Shown here one piece after another: positions 19,622 through 29,382 of a stretch of 64,000 nucleotides of DNA. This DNA comes from Treponemataceae bacterium (GTDB taxonomy: Bacteria > Spirochaetota > Spirochaetia > Treponematales > Rectinemataceae): assembly GCA_963677895.2 (NCBI GenBank), contig CAXXGJ010000018.1, positions 416,001-480,000 on the forward strand. Reading direction: 5' to 3'. The translations under genes were made by a program, and so were the position numbers. The notes under the pieces were generated by a model that made no database searches, had not been told where the DNA came from, and worked only from the letters and a program-made list of their open reading frames with translations. Every line of letters begins with the position of its first letter. Position 1 is the first letter of the stretch.

Positions 19622-20533
19622 ATGCTGCCCGACGCGAAGAAATTCCTGGATGGCGTCAATCTCATAACGGGGCCCGGAAGGGCCTGCGGCAAGACGGCAT
19701 TCGCGCAAGCCGCGGCTCTTTCGCTTAGAAAATCCGGTAAAAGCTTCGCCATGATTTCGGTCGGCGTCGAGGGAAGCGGGGTCGGGCGGCAAGGGTCGGG
19801 GACCGATTCGATCGTGTCGCTGGCGAGAGGCGAGGTATTCATCACGGCTTCCGGGTTTTTAGGGGCGGCAACTTGTCTGCCCGAAATTCTGGATGTGCTG
19901 CCGGGCGAATCGGCGCTCGGCCAACTCGCCATAGCAAAGGCTTCACGCTTCGGAAAGGCCATTCTCGCGGGTCCGGAAAGGAATGAATATCTGCGTTGGG
20001 CGGTCGAGCGAATAGTCGGGGAAGGTTGGGCGACTACCGTCATCGTGGATGGCGCGCTCAACAGGATCACTCAGGCGGCTTCGCTCCGCTCCGCCAGATT
20101 GTTCTATGCCCTGCGGGTGGACGCGTCCAATCAGCGCTCGATGGCAGGAAAGCTGCGAAATCTGCATCGGCTTATTTCGCTGGCATCACTCGAAGATATC
20201 GAAAAGGATATTCGGCCGGGCCAATCCGTATCCAGGATAAAAGGTCCCTTGACGGCATCACTGCTCGGCGGAATGGCATCCGATGTAAAGGTGATCGTCG
20301 TGGAAGACTTTTCCAAGATATTCCTCGATGAAAGGGAATTTACGGACCTGATGAAAAAACGCGTTCTCGCGGTAGCCTCCCCGGTGGAATTCGGGGGAAT
20401 TTCCATCGCTCTACGCTCCGTAAGGAGAGAGGAATTCGAGATGATCCTGGGAGAGGAGCTTAGTGACCTGGTAATATGCTGGGATGCCTATTCTGAAACG
20501 GACATCAAGGAAATGACAGATGAGAGAAATTGA
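19622..20533 (+). CDS. KamB-like P-loop accessory protein
   Basis: N-terminal GPGRACGKT and VDGALNR; position between kamA and the MutS-like gene as in lysine-fermentation clusters. Confidence 0.65.
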   Translation: MLPDAKKFLDGVNLITGPGRACGKTAFAQAAALSLRKSGKSFAMISVGVEGSGVGRQGSGTDSIVSLARGEVFITASGFLGAATCLPEILDVLPGESALGQLAIAKASRFGKAILAGPERNEYLRWAVERIVGEGWATTVIVDGALNRITQAASLRSARLFYALRVDASNQRSMAGKLRNLHRLISLASLEDIEKDIRPGQSVSRIKGPLTASLLGGMASDVKVIVVEDFSKIFLDEREFTDLMKKRVLAVASPVEFGGISIALRSVRREEFEMILGEELSDLVICWDAYSETDIKEMTDERN

Positions 20534-22295
20534 TGCCGCTTCGGGTGATGGAGTCTGTTCTCCTGGCGCATGGCTCTTCTCGAGGCTGGAGGAGTTCTGG
20601 GCGGAACTACAACCGCTGACGCCCTTCGGAAGAGATGTGATCGCAAGAAGAATAATCCATTCCGATCGGGGGAAGATCCTTTCTTCCTACGATGACATCG
20701 ATGCCTATGAATCATTCACTCGAGTCCATGGTTCCGATAAATCGAGGATCGACCGGCTTGCGTGGCATCTGGGGCGAATCCCCCGTCTTCCCTCATTCGC
20801 CGATTCCGATATCGCCGACGCCATGGACGCGGCGGATGAAGACTCAGGGAAGGACAGCGGTTATGATGTCATGGAATTGTTCCTCTTCAAGAAATTCCTC
20901 TCCAATTATAAAGCCTGCCACGATCTGTTGGATGACGCGCTGAGAGAACGTTTTGGCTTTTCATTCGTATCGGAGCCATTGTCCGCCTTGCTCGAAAAGG
21001 GCGGCAGCGACCCGGAAACTTTCCAGATTTCAGAGCGTTATGGCGAAGAACTTAGGCGCATAAGAAGCGACATCGGCAGAATTGAGGAGGAACTCGAAAA
21101 GGCCAGACGCGTTCTCGCCGAATCGGCGAGGGACACCTGGGGACTCGATTTCATGGGCAGGGATTTTCTGACCGTTCCCGTCGAAAAAGCCGTCGCGATA
21201 GCGTCAAAATCGGATTGCGGAACTCATGTACGGATAGCCGTAGAGTCTTATGACGACTTTTCCTGCCTTGTCAGGATTCAGCCCGATCCTGTGTATCTTG
21301 CCCTTGAATCGCGGAAAGAAGCGTTGCGCGACGAAGAGAGGTCAGCTGAAAATTCGATTGCCTCGAAAATTTCAAAAATCGTCCAACGTTCAAGAGCTGA
21401 CTTCGAGCGGTACATGCGTGCCGCCGAAAGGCTCGATCTCGCAAGATGCCGATATTTGCTCAAGCAAAAACATGATCTATGCAGGCCGGAATTCCGCGGC
21501 GGGGGAATCAGCGTCGAAGGCGGCAGATTTCTGCCTCTCCTTCAGGACTGTAAAGTCATGGGAACGACGTACGCGCCGATCGAGATCGATCTTCGGCATC
21601 CCGTCGCCGTCCTTTTCGGCTCCAATATGGGGGGCAAAACGGTGGCGCTCCAGAGCCTGCTGTTTTTTCAGATAGTGGCGCAGAGCGGCCTTTATGTTCC
21701 GGCCAAGGCTTTTTCGAGCCAAGTATTCGATGCCATCGAGTACGCGGGCGAAAGGGCGGGGGGAGAAAGCCGCGGACTTTCGAGTTTTGGCTACGAAATC
21801 CATTTCCTCTCCAAGGTGCTTAGAATGTCCAGGACGAAGTCCTGCCTGGTGGCATTCGACGAATTTGCCCATACGACGGGATCGGAAGAAGCGGAAGCTC
21901 TGCTTGCGGCCGTCATCCATCACTTCTCGGGAATGGAGCGATGCGCGATTCTTTTCGCTACGCATTTTCGGGGAATCGCGAGGCATAAGAACGTGCATTG
22001 GCTCAAGATGGCAGGGTTGGATATCAAAGCCGCCAGGATCTGGTTCTCGGCCGATGCTTCAGGTATGGCCGAGGTCTTCGAATCCTCCCCATCTCTGGAG
22101 GAGAGGATCAGGAGGATCAACCGACTGATGCGTTATGAGATTTTGGAAGACAAGGGTGAAAATGCTGATCGCGAAGACCGATCCGACGCGATTGAGATCG
22201 CCTCACTGCTTGGCCTGGACGGGAATATCATCGATGAAGCGGTTTTGAACTTGAGCGCCAGCCGCTTGAAGCGCAGAGAAAAATATCCGGAGTAG
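20520..22295 (+). CDS. KamC-like MutS-domain ATPase (candidate reactivating factor for lysine 5,6-aminomutase)
   Basis: LTPFG, Walker A GSNMGGKT, GLSSFGYE, AFDEFAHTT, ATHF; directly upstream of kamD. Confidence 0.8.
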   Translation: MREIDAASGDGVCSPGAWLFSRLEEFWAELQPLTPFGRDVIARRIIHSDRGKILSSYDDIDAYESFTRVHGSDKSRIDRLAWHLGRIPRLPSFADSDIADAMDAADEDSGKDSGYDVMELFLFKKFLSNYKACHDLLDDALRERFGFSFVSEPLSALLEKGGSDPETFQISERYGEELRRIRSDIGRIEEELEKARRVLAESARDTWGLDFMGRDFLTVPVEKAVAIASKSDCGTHVRIAVESYDDFSCLVRIQPDPVYLALESRKEALRDEERSAENSIASKISKIVQRSRADFERYMRAAERLDLARCRYLLKQKHDLCRPEFRGGGISVEGGRFLPLLQDCKVMGTTYAPIEIDLRHPVAVLFGSNMGGKTVALQSLLFFQIVAQSGLYVPAKAFSSQVFDAIEYAGERAGGESRGLSSFGYEIHFLSKVLRMSRTKSCLVAFDEFAHTTGSEEAEALLAAVIHHFSGMERCAILFATHFRGIARHKNVHWLKMAGLDIKAARIWFSADASGMAEVFESSPSLEERIRRINRLMRYEILEDKGENADREDRSDAIEIASLLGLDGNIIDEAVLNLSASRLKRREKYPE

Positions 22296-22301
22296 AACAC
22301 A

Positions 22302-23858
22302 ATGAGAGAAAAACTGGGTTTATCGAAGGAATTGATCGCCGAAGCCAGAGAGCTGGCGAATGCAATCTGCTCTCCCGTGCTTTCGTTCATCGACAGACAT
22401 ACGAGCGTGACGGTGGAGCGCGCGACATTGCGGCTGTTGGGCGCGGATGGCGCCGACGGCGACGGAGTGCCCGTGCCCAACCTGATCGTGGATTCGCTAC
22501 GGGACAGACTCTCGTCCGGAACGGCATTCTGGTACACCAATGGGCTCGTCGCCGGGGGGATGACGGTCAGCGAGCTCAACTCGAAAATTTCCAAAGGCTT
22601 CGATATATCCTCGTTGCCGATGGCCGATCCCGCCGCGGTCAGGGCCAAGGCGGACGCGCTGGCTGTGGGAGGCCTTTCGAGAATCGCGGAAAACAGGAAT
22701 TTTCGGAAGGGGAAGCTCGCGGAATTCGAGGGCAGGAACAACGATCCTTTGCTTTATCTGATAGTGGCGACAGGCAATATTTTCGAGGATGTGAAACAAG
22801 CGCGCTCGGCGGCCAAAAGCGGCGCCGACGTGATTGCCGTGATAAGAACCACGGCACAAAGCCTTCTCGATTACGTGCCCTACGGAGCCACGACCGAAGG
22901 TTTCGGCGGAACCTATGCTACGCAGGAGAACTTCAGGATAATGAGGGCGGCTCTCGATGAGGTGTCGGAAAAGGAAAAGCGCTACATTTATCTGACGAAT
23001 TACGCCTCCGGGCTCTGCATGCCCGAGATTGCCGCGATGGGCGCCATCGAGCGGCTCGACATGATGTTGAACGATTCCATGTACGGGATTTTATTCCGGG
23101 ACATAAATATGTACCGTACCTTCGTGGACCAGAAATTCAGCCGCATGATAAACGCTTACGCGGGCATCATCATCAATACCGGCGAGGATAATTACCTGAC
23201 GACCAGCGACGCTTTCGACAAGGCTTATACGGTTTTAGCCTCGCAGTTCCTCAATGAACGATTCGCCTATGCCGCGGGGCTCGAACCCTGGCAGATGGGC
23301 TTGGGCCATGCTTTCGAGATGGACCCGACGATTGCCGATGGATTCCTCTACGAGTTTGCTCAAGCCCAGATGGCGCGGGAAATTTTTCCGGAACATCCGC
23401 TGAAATATATGCCGCCCACGAAATACATGTCGGGTGATATCTTTGATGGCTTGACCATGGATACTATGTTCAATTTCGCCTCGAAAGCGACGGGGCAGGG
23501 CATCCATCTGCTCGGCATGCTCACCGAAGCGATCCACACTCCTTTCATGATGGACAGGTTCATAGGCGTGCGGAACGCGAAATATGTCATGAATGCCATG
23601 GCTTCCTTCGGGGACGATATCGAATTCAGGCCGGACGGCATCATGGTGAAGCGAGCTCGAGACGTGCTGGACAGGACGCTTGGTTTCCTGAGGGAAATCA
23701 AGGAGAGGGGGCTGATGGACGCGATAGCCGAAGGGCTTTTCGCCGATATAAAGCGGCCTCCCGACGGCGGGAAAGGGCTCGACGGGCTTGTCGAAAAAGA
23801 CCCAAGGTACTGGAATCCCGTGGAAGAACGGCTTTCATCGGCCTTATCGCTCCATTGA
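22302..23858 (+). CDS. kamD: Lysine 5,6-aminomutase alpha subunit
   Basis: YLIVATGNIFED, AVIRTTAQSLLDYVPYGATTEGFGGT, NTGEDNY, KYMPPTKY. Confidence 0.97.
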   Translation: MREKLGLSKELIAEARELANAICSPVLSFIDRHTSVTVERATLRLLGADGADGDGVPVPNLIVDSLRDRLSSGTAFWYTNGLVAGGMTVSELNSKISKGFDISSLPMADPAAVRAKADALAVGGLSRIAENRNFRKGKLAEFEGRNNDPLLYLIVATGNIFEDVKQARSAAKSGADVIAVIRTTAQSLLDYVPYGATTEGFGGTYATQENFRIMRAALDEVSEKEKRYIYLTNYASGLCMPEIAAMGAIERLDMMLNDSMYGILFRDINMYRTFVDQKFSRMINAYAGIIINTGEDNYLTTSDAFDKAYTVLASQFLNERFAYAAGLEPWQMGLGHAFEMDPTIADGFLYEFAQAQMAREIFPEHPLKYMPPTKYMSGDIFDGLTMDTMFNFASKATGQGIHLLGMLTEAIHTPFMMDRFIGVRNAKYVMNAMASFGDDIEFRPDGIMVKRARDVLDRTLGFLREIKERGLMDAIAEGLFADIKRPPDGGKGLDGLVEKDPRYWNPVEERLSSALSLH

Positions 23859-23870
23859 GGGGGAAACATA

Positions 23871-24611
23871 ATGGCAAATATCGTAAGACCTTACGGCGAT
23901 ACCCTCGATGACGGCAAAGTTCAGCTTTCGTTCACGCTTCCCATTCCCGCCGGTTCGCGGGCCATGGAAGCCGCGAAAGCCATGGTGCTGAGCTGGGGTT
24001 TCAGCGAATGCGAAATCGCGCATTCCGCTTCCATGGACGAATCTTTCACCTTCTTCATAGCCTACGCGAAGACGGGGCGCGGCATCGATTATGATTCGAT
24101 CAAAGCCGACAGCAGTGGCGACGAAGCCTCGATGACGATGGACGAAATCAACGCTTTCATAAGCGAGAAATTCAGAAGGAAGGTCGTCATCGTGGGCGCC
24201 TGTACGGGATTCGACGCCCACACGGTGGGCATCGACGCGATAATGAACATGAAGGGCTACAACCATCATTACGGGCTTGAGCGATACGCGATGATTGAAG
24301 CGCACAACCTCGGAGCGCAGGTTCCGAATGAAAAGCTTATCGAATTCGCGGAGAAGGTGAATGCCGACGCGATTCTCGTATCACAAATCGTCACTCAGAA
24401 GGACGTCCATCTCGAAAATCTCACCCGGCTCATAGAACTGCTCGAAGCCTCAGGGGAGAGGGGACGTTTCATATGCGTCGTGGGAGGCCCTCGGATATCC
24501 AATAAGCTCGCGGCCAAGCTGGGGTATGACGCCGGATTTGGAAGAGGCACGTACGCTGACGATGTCGCGACGTTTGTCGTAAATAAAATCGAAAAGAAAG
24601 ATAAGAGTTGA
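23871..24611 (+). CDS. kamE: Lysine 5,6-aminomutase beta subunit (B12-binding)
   Basis: PYGDTLDDGKVQLSFTLP; DAHTVGIDAIMNMKG (cobalamin His and PLP Lys). Confidence 0.97.
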   Translation: MANIVRPYGDTLDDGKVQLSFTLPIPAGSRAMEAAKAMVLSWGFSECEIAHSASMDESFTFFIAYAKTGRGIDYDSIKADSSGDEASMTMDEINAFISEKFRRKVVIVGACTGFDAHTVGIDAIMNMKGYNHHYGLERYAMIEAHNLGAQVPNEKLIEFAEKVNADAILVSQIVTQKDVHLENLTRLIELLEASGERGRFICVVGGPRISNKLAAKLGYDAGFGRGTYADDVATFVVNKIEKKDKS

Positions 24612-24633
24612 TTTTCCGAATAGGGAGGTAGGG

Positions 24634-25305
24634 ATGATCGAAAAGCCCGTGATCACCGCCGATGAGGCGGCCGCATTGATAAAGGACGGCATGGTCGTGC
24701 ACATCGGCGGATTCCTCGGCTGCGGATCCCCTGACAAAGTGATCGCCGCCCTGGGTCGATCTGAAGCGAGGAATCTGACGCTTGTCTGCAACGATACGGC
24801 CGTTCATGACGAGAAAACGGGCAAGGTGACGGGTATGGCCTCCCTCATACCATTGAAAAAATTCTCCAGGGTGATCGTGTCGCACATCGGCACGAATCCG
24901 GATACGCAGCGATTGATGAACGCGGGCGAGCTGGAGGTAATCCTCGTGCCGCAGGGGACCTTGGCCGAAAGAATCAGGGCGGCCGGTTTTGGCCTGGGCG
25001 GGATTCTCACGCCGACGGGTGTCGGAACCGAGATAGAATCAGGGAAGCGAAAAATAATCGTCGGCGGGAAAGTGTTTCTGCTCGAACTGCCCCTCGGAGG
25101 CGATATCGCCCTCATCAAGGCAAAAAAGGCGGACAGGGCAGGCAATCTCGTCTATTCGAAGACTGCCCGGAATTTCAACCCGCTCATGGCAATGGCCTGC
25201 AAGATCGTCGTAGCCGAAGTCGAGGAGATCGTGGAGATAGGCGAAATAGATCCCGAGAATGTCCAGACTCCATCCATCATGGTTCACTATCTCGTCAAGG
25301 CTTGA
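24634..25305 (+). CDS. atoD: 3-oxoacid/acetoacetate CoA-transferase subunit A
   Basis: IGGFLGCGSP, SHIGTNP, PQGTLAERIRA, ARNFNP. Confidence 0.9.
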   Translation: MIEKPVITADEAAALIKDGMVVHIGGFLGCGSPDKVIAALGRSEARNLTLVCNDTAVHDEKTGKVTGMASLIPLKKFSRVIVSHIGTNPDTQRLMNAGELEVILVPQGTLAERIRAAGFGLGGILTPTGVGTEIESGKRKIIVGGKVFLLELPLGGDIALIKAKKADRAGNLVYSKTARNFNPLMAMACKIVVAEVEEIVEIGEIDPENVQTPSIMVHYLVKA

Positions 25306-25321
25306 AAAGGAGAAGGGCAGG

Positions 25322-26005
25322 ATGGAGTATATCGAGAACAAAGAAGTGATCGCCAAACGAATAGCTCGATTTTTCACGAGCGGCGACGTGGTGAATCTCG
25401 GGATTGGACTGCCCACCCTTGTGGCCAATTACCTGCCAGACGACGTCACGCTCATTCTGCAGTCGGAAAATGGAATGCTCGGACTTGGACCGGCCCCGGC
25501 TCCCGGGCAGGCCGACAAGGATCTCACGAACGCCAGCTCGATGCCGGCGACCATACTGCCCGGAGGCTGTTTTTTCGATTCGGCCATGAGTTTCGGCATC
25601 ATCAGGGGCGGCCACGTGGATTTTACGGTGCTGGGCGTCCTGGAAGTGGATCAGGAAGGCAATTTGGCTAACTACAAGATTCCCGGGAAAATCGTTCCGG
25701 GCATGGGCGGCGCCATGGATCTCGTCGTGGGCTCGAAAAAGGTAATCGCCGCCACGACGCATTTTGAAAAGTCGGGCGCCGCCAAGCTTAAAAGGCTTTG
25801 CAGTCTTCCTTTGACGGCGATCCATGAAGTGGACTATGTCGTCACCGACCTCGGATTCTTCGAAGTAAGGGACGGAAAATTCCTGCTCTGGGAATGTTTT
25901 CCGCCCTACACTCCGGAATTCGTGATTTCGAGCACCGATGCCGATATCATCCTCGCGGATGATTTCATTCGGTCCAAAGCGCCACGAGGTGAATCAGGGT
26001 CTTGA
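25322..26005 (+). CDS. atoA: 3-oxoacid/acetoacetate CoA-transferase subunit B
   Basis: VNLGIGLPT, QSENG (catalytic Glu), IRGGHVD, GMGGAMDL; start MEYIEN at 25322. Confidence 0.9.
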   Translation: MEYIENKEVIAKRIARFFTSGDVVNLGIGLPTLVANYLPDDVTLILQSENGMLGLGPAPAPGQADKDLTNASSMPATILPGGCFFDSAMSFGIIRGGHVDFTVLGVLEVDQEGNLANYKIPGKIVPGMGGAMDLVVGSKKVIAATTHFEKSGAAKLKRLCSLPLTAIHEVDYVVTDLGFFEVRDGKFLLWECFPPYTPEFVISSTDADIILADDFIRSKAPRGESGS

Positions 26006-27221
26006 CGGCGAGCGACATTTCGCCCGCGGATGCCCATTCATGCCGTGAGTGGTAATTGTAGCCCCCCGTGAAAATATTGGGAGTCGGTATGCCCATCTCG
26101 GTAAGGCGGGAACCGTCCGTGCCGCCCCTGATCGGGACTATCTTAGGCTCGGCGCCGGCCCGCTTGATCGCTTCTTTCAGCTTTTCCAGCACGGAAGGGT
26201 TCTGGTCGAGCTTTTCCTTCATGTTGAGATATTGTTTCTTTACGGTGAGTTCGACCTTTCCGAGGGGAAACTGGGCTTCCACGGCTGAAGCGAAGGCTTT
26301 CATCGCCTCGATTCGCTTCTCCATGCCTTCGGACGTGAAATCGCGCAGATAGATGTCGACGGCCGTTTTCTCCATCGATCCGGAGATTTCGATGGGGCAA
26401 TAATAGCCGAACCAGTTGTCGGTTGACTCGGGGCTTTCGGAGCGCGGAAGCATGGCGACGAACTGGCAAGCCATTGCCACGGCGTTCGCGAATTTGCCGC
26501 GCGCGGCGCCGATATGGATTACCTTGCCGATGAATTCGGCGCGGACGCTGTAGGCGGTGAAGCACTCGGCTTCTATTTCGGCCGCGGCTCCTCCATCGAG
26601 CGTATAGCAGGCAATGGATTTGACTTTCTTCAAAGGGAAGAGGTTCATTCCCTTCCCTGTTTCCTCATCGGGCGTGAAGAAAATCTCCAGCGGACCATGT
26701 TTCACCTCAGGATGGGCGGCGAGCCATTCGATGGTCGTCATGATCTCGGCGATGCCGGCCTTGTCGTCCGCGCCCAGAAGGGTCTTGCCGTCGGTGGTGA
26801 TGATCGTATCGCCCACGTGGTCGAGCAGACATGGATCGTCGGCCGTGGTGAGCGTATCCTCAGGGGATAGCGCGATCGCTTTTCCGTCATAATTTCGAAT
26901 CAGCTTGGGCGATACGTTGGAGCCCGGTACGTCGCTGGCCGTATCCATATGCGCCATGAGGCCTATCGCCGGCTTGCTTTCCATTCCCGAGGAAGCCGGG
27001 ATCCTCGCTATCAGGTAGCAGTGATCATCGAGCGAGACATCGGTCAATCCCAATTCCTTCAGTTCCTGCTCCAGCAGTTTTGCCAGGCCCCACTGGGTTT
27101 TCGTGGAGGGAATATCCTCGATGTGCCGATCGCTTTGAGTGTCGATTTTCGCGTATCGTATAAGGCGATCGATCATGGCGGCGGCATAAGGCTGGTCTAG
27201 ATAATCTGTGTAGTCTTTCAT
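25965..27221 (-). CDS. pepT: Peptidase T (M20B tripeptidase)
   Basis: AHMDT, LLGADDKAG, PDEE, IRGGTDG, PNIFTGGYNYH. Confidence 0.95.
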   Translation of the reverse strand: MKDYTDYLDQPYAAAMIDRLIRYAKIDTQSDRHIEDIPSTKTQWGLAKLLEQELKELGLTDVSLDDHCYLIARIPASSGMESKPAIGLMAHMDTASDVPGSNVSPKLIRNYDGKAIALSPEDTLTTADDPCLLDHVGDTIITTDGKTLLGADDKAGIAEIMTTIEWLAAHPEVKHGPLEIFFTPDEETGKGMNLFPLKKVKSIACYTLDGGAAAEIEAECFTAYSVRAEFIGKVIHIGAARGKFANAVAMACQFVAMLPRSESPESTDNWFGYYCPIEISGSMEKTAVDIYLRDFTSEGMEKRIEAMKAFASAVEAQFPLGKVELTVKKQYLNMKEKLDQNPSVLEKLKEAIKRAGAEPKIVPIRGGTDGSRLTEMGIPTPNIFTGGYNYHSRHEWASAGEMSLAVKTLIHLVALWTE

Positions 27222-27371
27222 GGTGAGGAATTATGCCCGGAAAGCGCGGCCAAAGCAACTGCCGGGAGTCCCGCCGGGACTGTTTAGACGCGGGGAAGAA
27301 ACGACGCGAGACAGGTATGAAAAGCGGCGCATCACTTGCTCTTTTTACCCCGCCTTCTTATCATTGATCCA

Positions 27372-28328
27372 ATGAACGAAGAAAACGCCATACCTCTCTA
27401 TCCGGAATTCGCCCCGATAGCGCTTCCGATGATCAATCAAATGCATCCATCGCTCAATCTGCTCAAGGATGGGATATCGGAATTCACTTTCTCGAACCTT
27501 TATCTTTTCAGGCATACCTACGACTACGAAGTGGCGAGGCTTCCCGGGGAAGGCGTCGTCATAAAGGGGACGAAGGAAGGGAAGACTTTTTTCTACCTCC
27601 CTTGCTGCATGTCGAATAAGCAGATTTTCGACGAGCTTATGCTTAGCCATGACTACATGAAGAACCTTTCCGATTCACAGGCCGCGCTGCATCGCATAGA
27701 GCTTGAGGCAAGAGGCTATATAGTCCAGGAAGACAGGGATAATTTTGACTATCTCTATTTCAGGAAAGACCTAGCCGAGCTTTCCGGACGCGAGTACCAC
27801 AAGAAGCGAAACCTCGTGAATGGTTTCATTAGCTCCTATGAATGCGAACAGAAACCCTTGAAAAAGGAAAATGTATGCGACGCCATCGCCGTGCTCGATG
27901 AATGGAGAGCGGCCAAAGGTGTCGACGGGGATTATCGGGCGGCCCGCGAAGGCCTCGAGCTATTCGAGGAATTGGGCATGAGGGGCGCCGTTTATTACAT
28001 CCAGAACGAACCGGTAGGCTGGTGTCTCGGCGAGCCACTCTCCAAGGGAACGATGTTCGCCGTGCATTTCGAGAAGGCGAGCGAACGTTTCAAGGGAATC
28101 TATCAATTCATCAACCAGGCCTTCGCGCAATCTTTGCCGGCTTATTTCAAGCTGATCAATCGCGAGCAGGATCTGGGCAACGAGGGATTGAGGCAGGCCA
28201 AGATGACTTACAGACCCTGCGGTTTCGTGAGCAAATATCGGATCATCCATCCCGATAAAGTGGAGTTCAAGCCTTTGGACGTGGCGGAACCGGCGGAGTG
28301 CGGGCCGGGAACGATACATGCCGGCTGA
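27372..28328 (+). CDS. Stand-alone DUF2156 (aminoacyl-tRNA-dependent transferase-like) protein
   Basis: SEFTFSNLY, DRDNFDYLY, YHKKRN, VHFEKA, INREQDLG..GLRQAKMTYRP. Confidence 0.85.
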   Translation: MNEENAIPLYPEFAPIALPMINQMHPSLNLLKDGISEFTFSNLYLFRHTYDYEVARLPGEGVVIKGTKEGKTFFYLPCCMSNKQIFDELMLSHDYMKNLSDSQAALHRIELEARGYIVQEDRDNFDYLYFRKDLAELSGREYHKKRNLVNGFISSYECEQKPLKKENVCDAIAVLDEWRAAKGVDGDYRAAREGLELFEELGMRGAVYYIQNEPVGWCLGEPLSKGTMFAVHFEKASERFKGIYQFINQAFAQSLPAYFKLINREQDLGNEGLRQAKMTYRPCGFVSKYRIIHPDKVEFKPLDVAEPAECGPGTIHAG

Positions 28329-29382
28329 TCTGCTTTCGCTTGTCGGAACCGGTCATGAAGCCACTTTTGAAAAGCGGGAAGCCCTTACGCGAGAACTTCT
28401 CGCCTCGGCGCCTTCCGGACTTGAGAAGAAAACCTGCAGCCTTACGCTTTTAGCGGGAGCCGGAACTCGTTGGGTGAAAAGCCTTTCCCTGGCCAAGGCT
28501 AGGCTGGACGGGAGGTTGGACGACGCCAACAAAGACTCAGCGGCCCGATTCCCTCTGGATGCTCCTCGCGGTCTTTTCCCCGTGCGCAACTTCATCTCGG
28601 CGGAGCCTTCGAGAATCCCCATGGCGGCCTACGCCCTCGACGCGGTGAAAGGATTGGGCCGCCATGTCATCGTCATCAGGGGCTGGGAAGCTGAAATACG
28701 CTCAGGTATCGTCGAGGCGCTCGGCATCGGCCAAGAGTCGGTGAAATTCTGCACGCAGAAGGAAGGGCCTTCGGGGAAGGTGTTGGGCCATGGCGACGCG
28801 GCCAGGCAGTCCAGGGAGCTTTGGCGGGAATCCACCTATGTCATCGCCAATTTCGGAGGCGACGCGAATTCGCCGCTGACGGTGGCCGCGAGCCTTCTCG
28901 CGATGGCCAGACTGGATGAGCTCGGCGAAAACGCAGGCCTCCTGCTTCCCGTAGCGAAGATAAAAAATCCAGCCTATCGGGTAATACTCGACGAAAGAGG
29001 TCTCCCGCGGGCATTTGGGCATAATAAACTCGGCGGGATGACAGCCGGGTGGCTGCCTCCGTCCGAAGGTTATACGAACGTGGGAATACGCGTATACAGG
29101 ACGGAAGCCTTATCGGCCGCGGTGGATGAGATCGAAAGCTCGTATTGGCGGAAAGAATCCGGCTATTCGATACCAGGCAACGATCCCGAAGCCCATGAAT
29201 TCGCCCTGGACAATGTCGACGCTCTATTGGCTCGACGGGGCGAGGCGAGAATCCTGGCCATCGCGAAGGCCGAGGAACTGACGCCCGCCAAAAGTTTCGA
29301 TGAGATCGCGAATTTCGAAGAGGCCGCGAAAAGCGTCAGAGCCGAGTGGACGAAATTCCGGTCAGCCGCCGATTCCCAATAA
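28318..29382 (+). CDS. Nucleotidyltransferase-like protein (GT-A / UDP-sugar pyrophosphorylase-like)
   Basis: LLAGAGTRW, PRG, LGHGDA, NFGGD, NVGIRVY resemble NTP-transferase motifs; overlaps the DUF2156 stop by 11 nt. Confidence 0.55.
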   Translation: MPADLLSLVGTGHEATFEKREALTRELLASAPSGLEKKTCSLTLLAGAGTRWVKSLSLAKARLDGRLDDANKDSAARFPLDAPRGLFPVRNFISAEPSRIPMAAYALDAVKGLGRHVIVIRGWEAEIRSGIVEALGIGQESVKFCTQKEGPSGKVLGHGDAARQSRELWRESTYVIANFGGDANSPLTVAASLLAMARLDELGENAGLLLPVAKIKNPAYRVILDERGLPRAFGHNKLGGMTAGWLPPSEGYTNVGIRVYRTEALSAAVDEIESSYWRKESGYSIPGNDPEAHEFALDNVDALLARRGEARILAIAKAEELTPAKSFDEIANFEEAAKSVRAEWTKFRSAADSQ

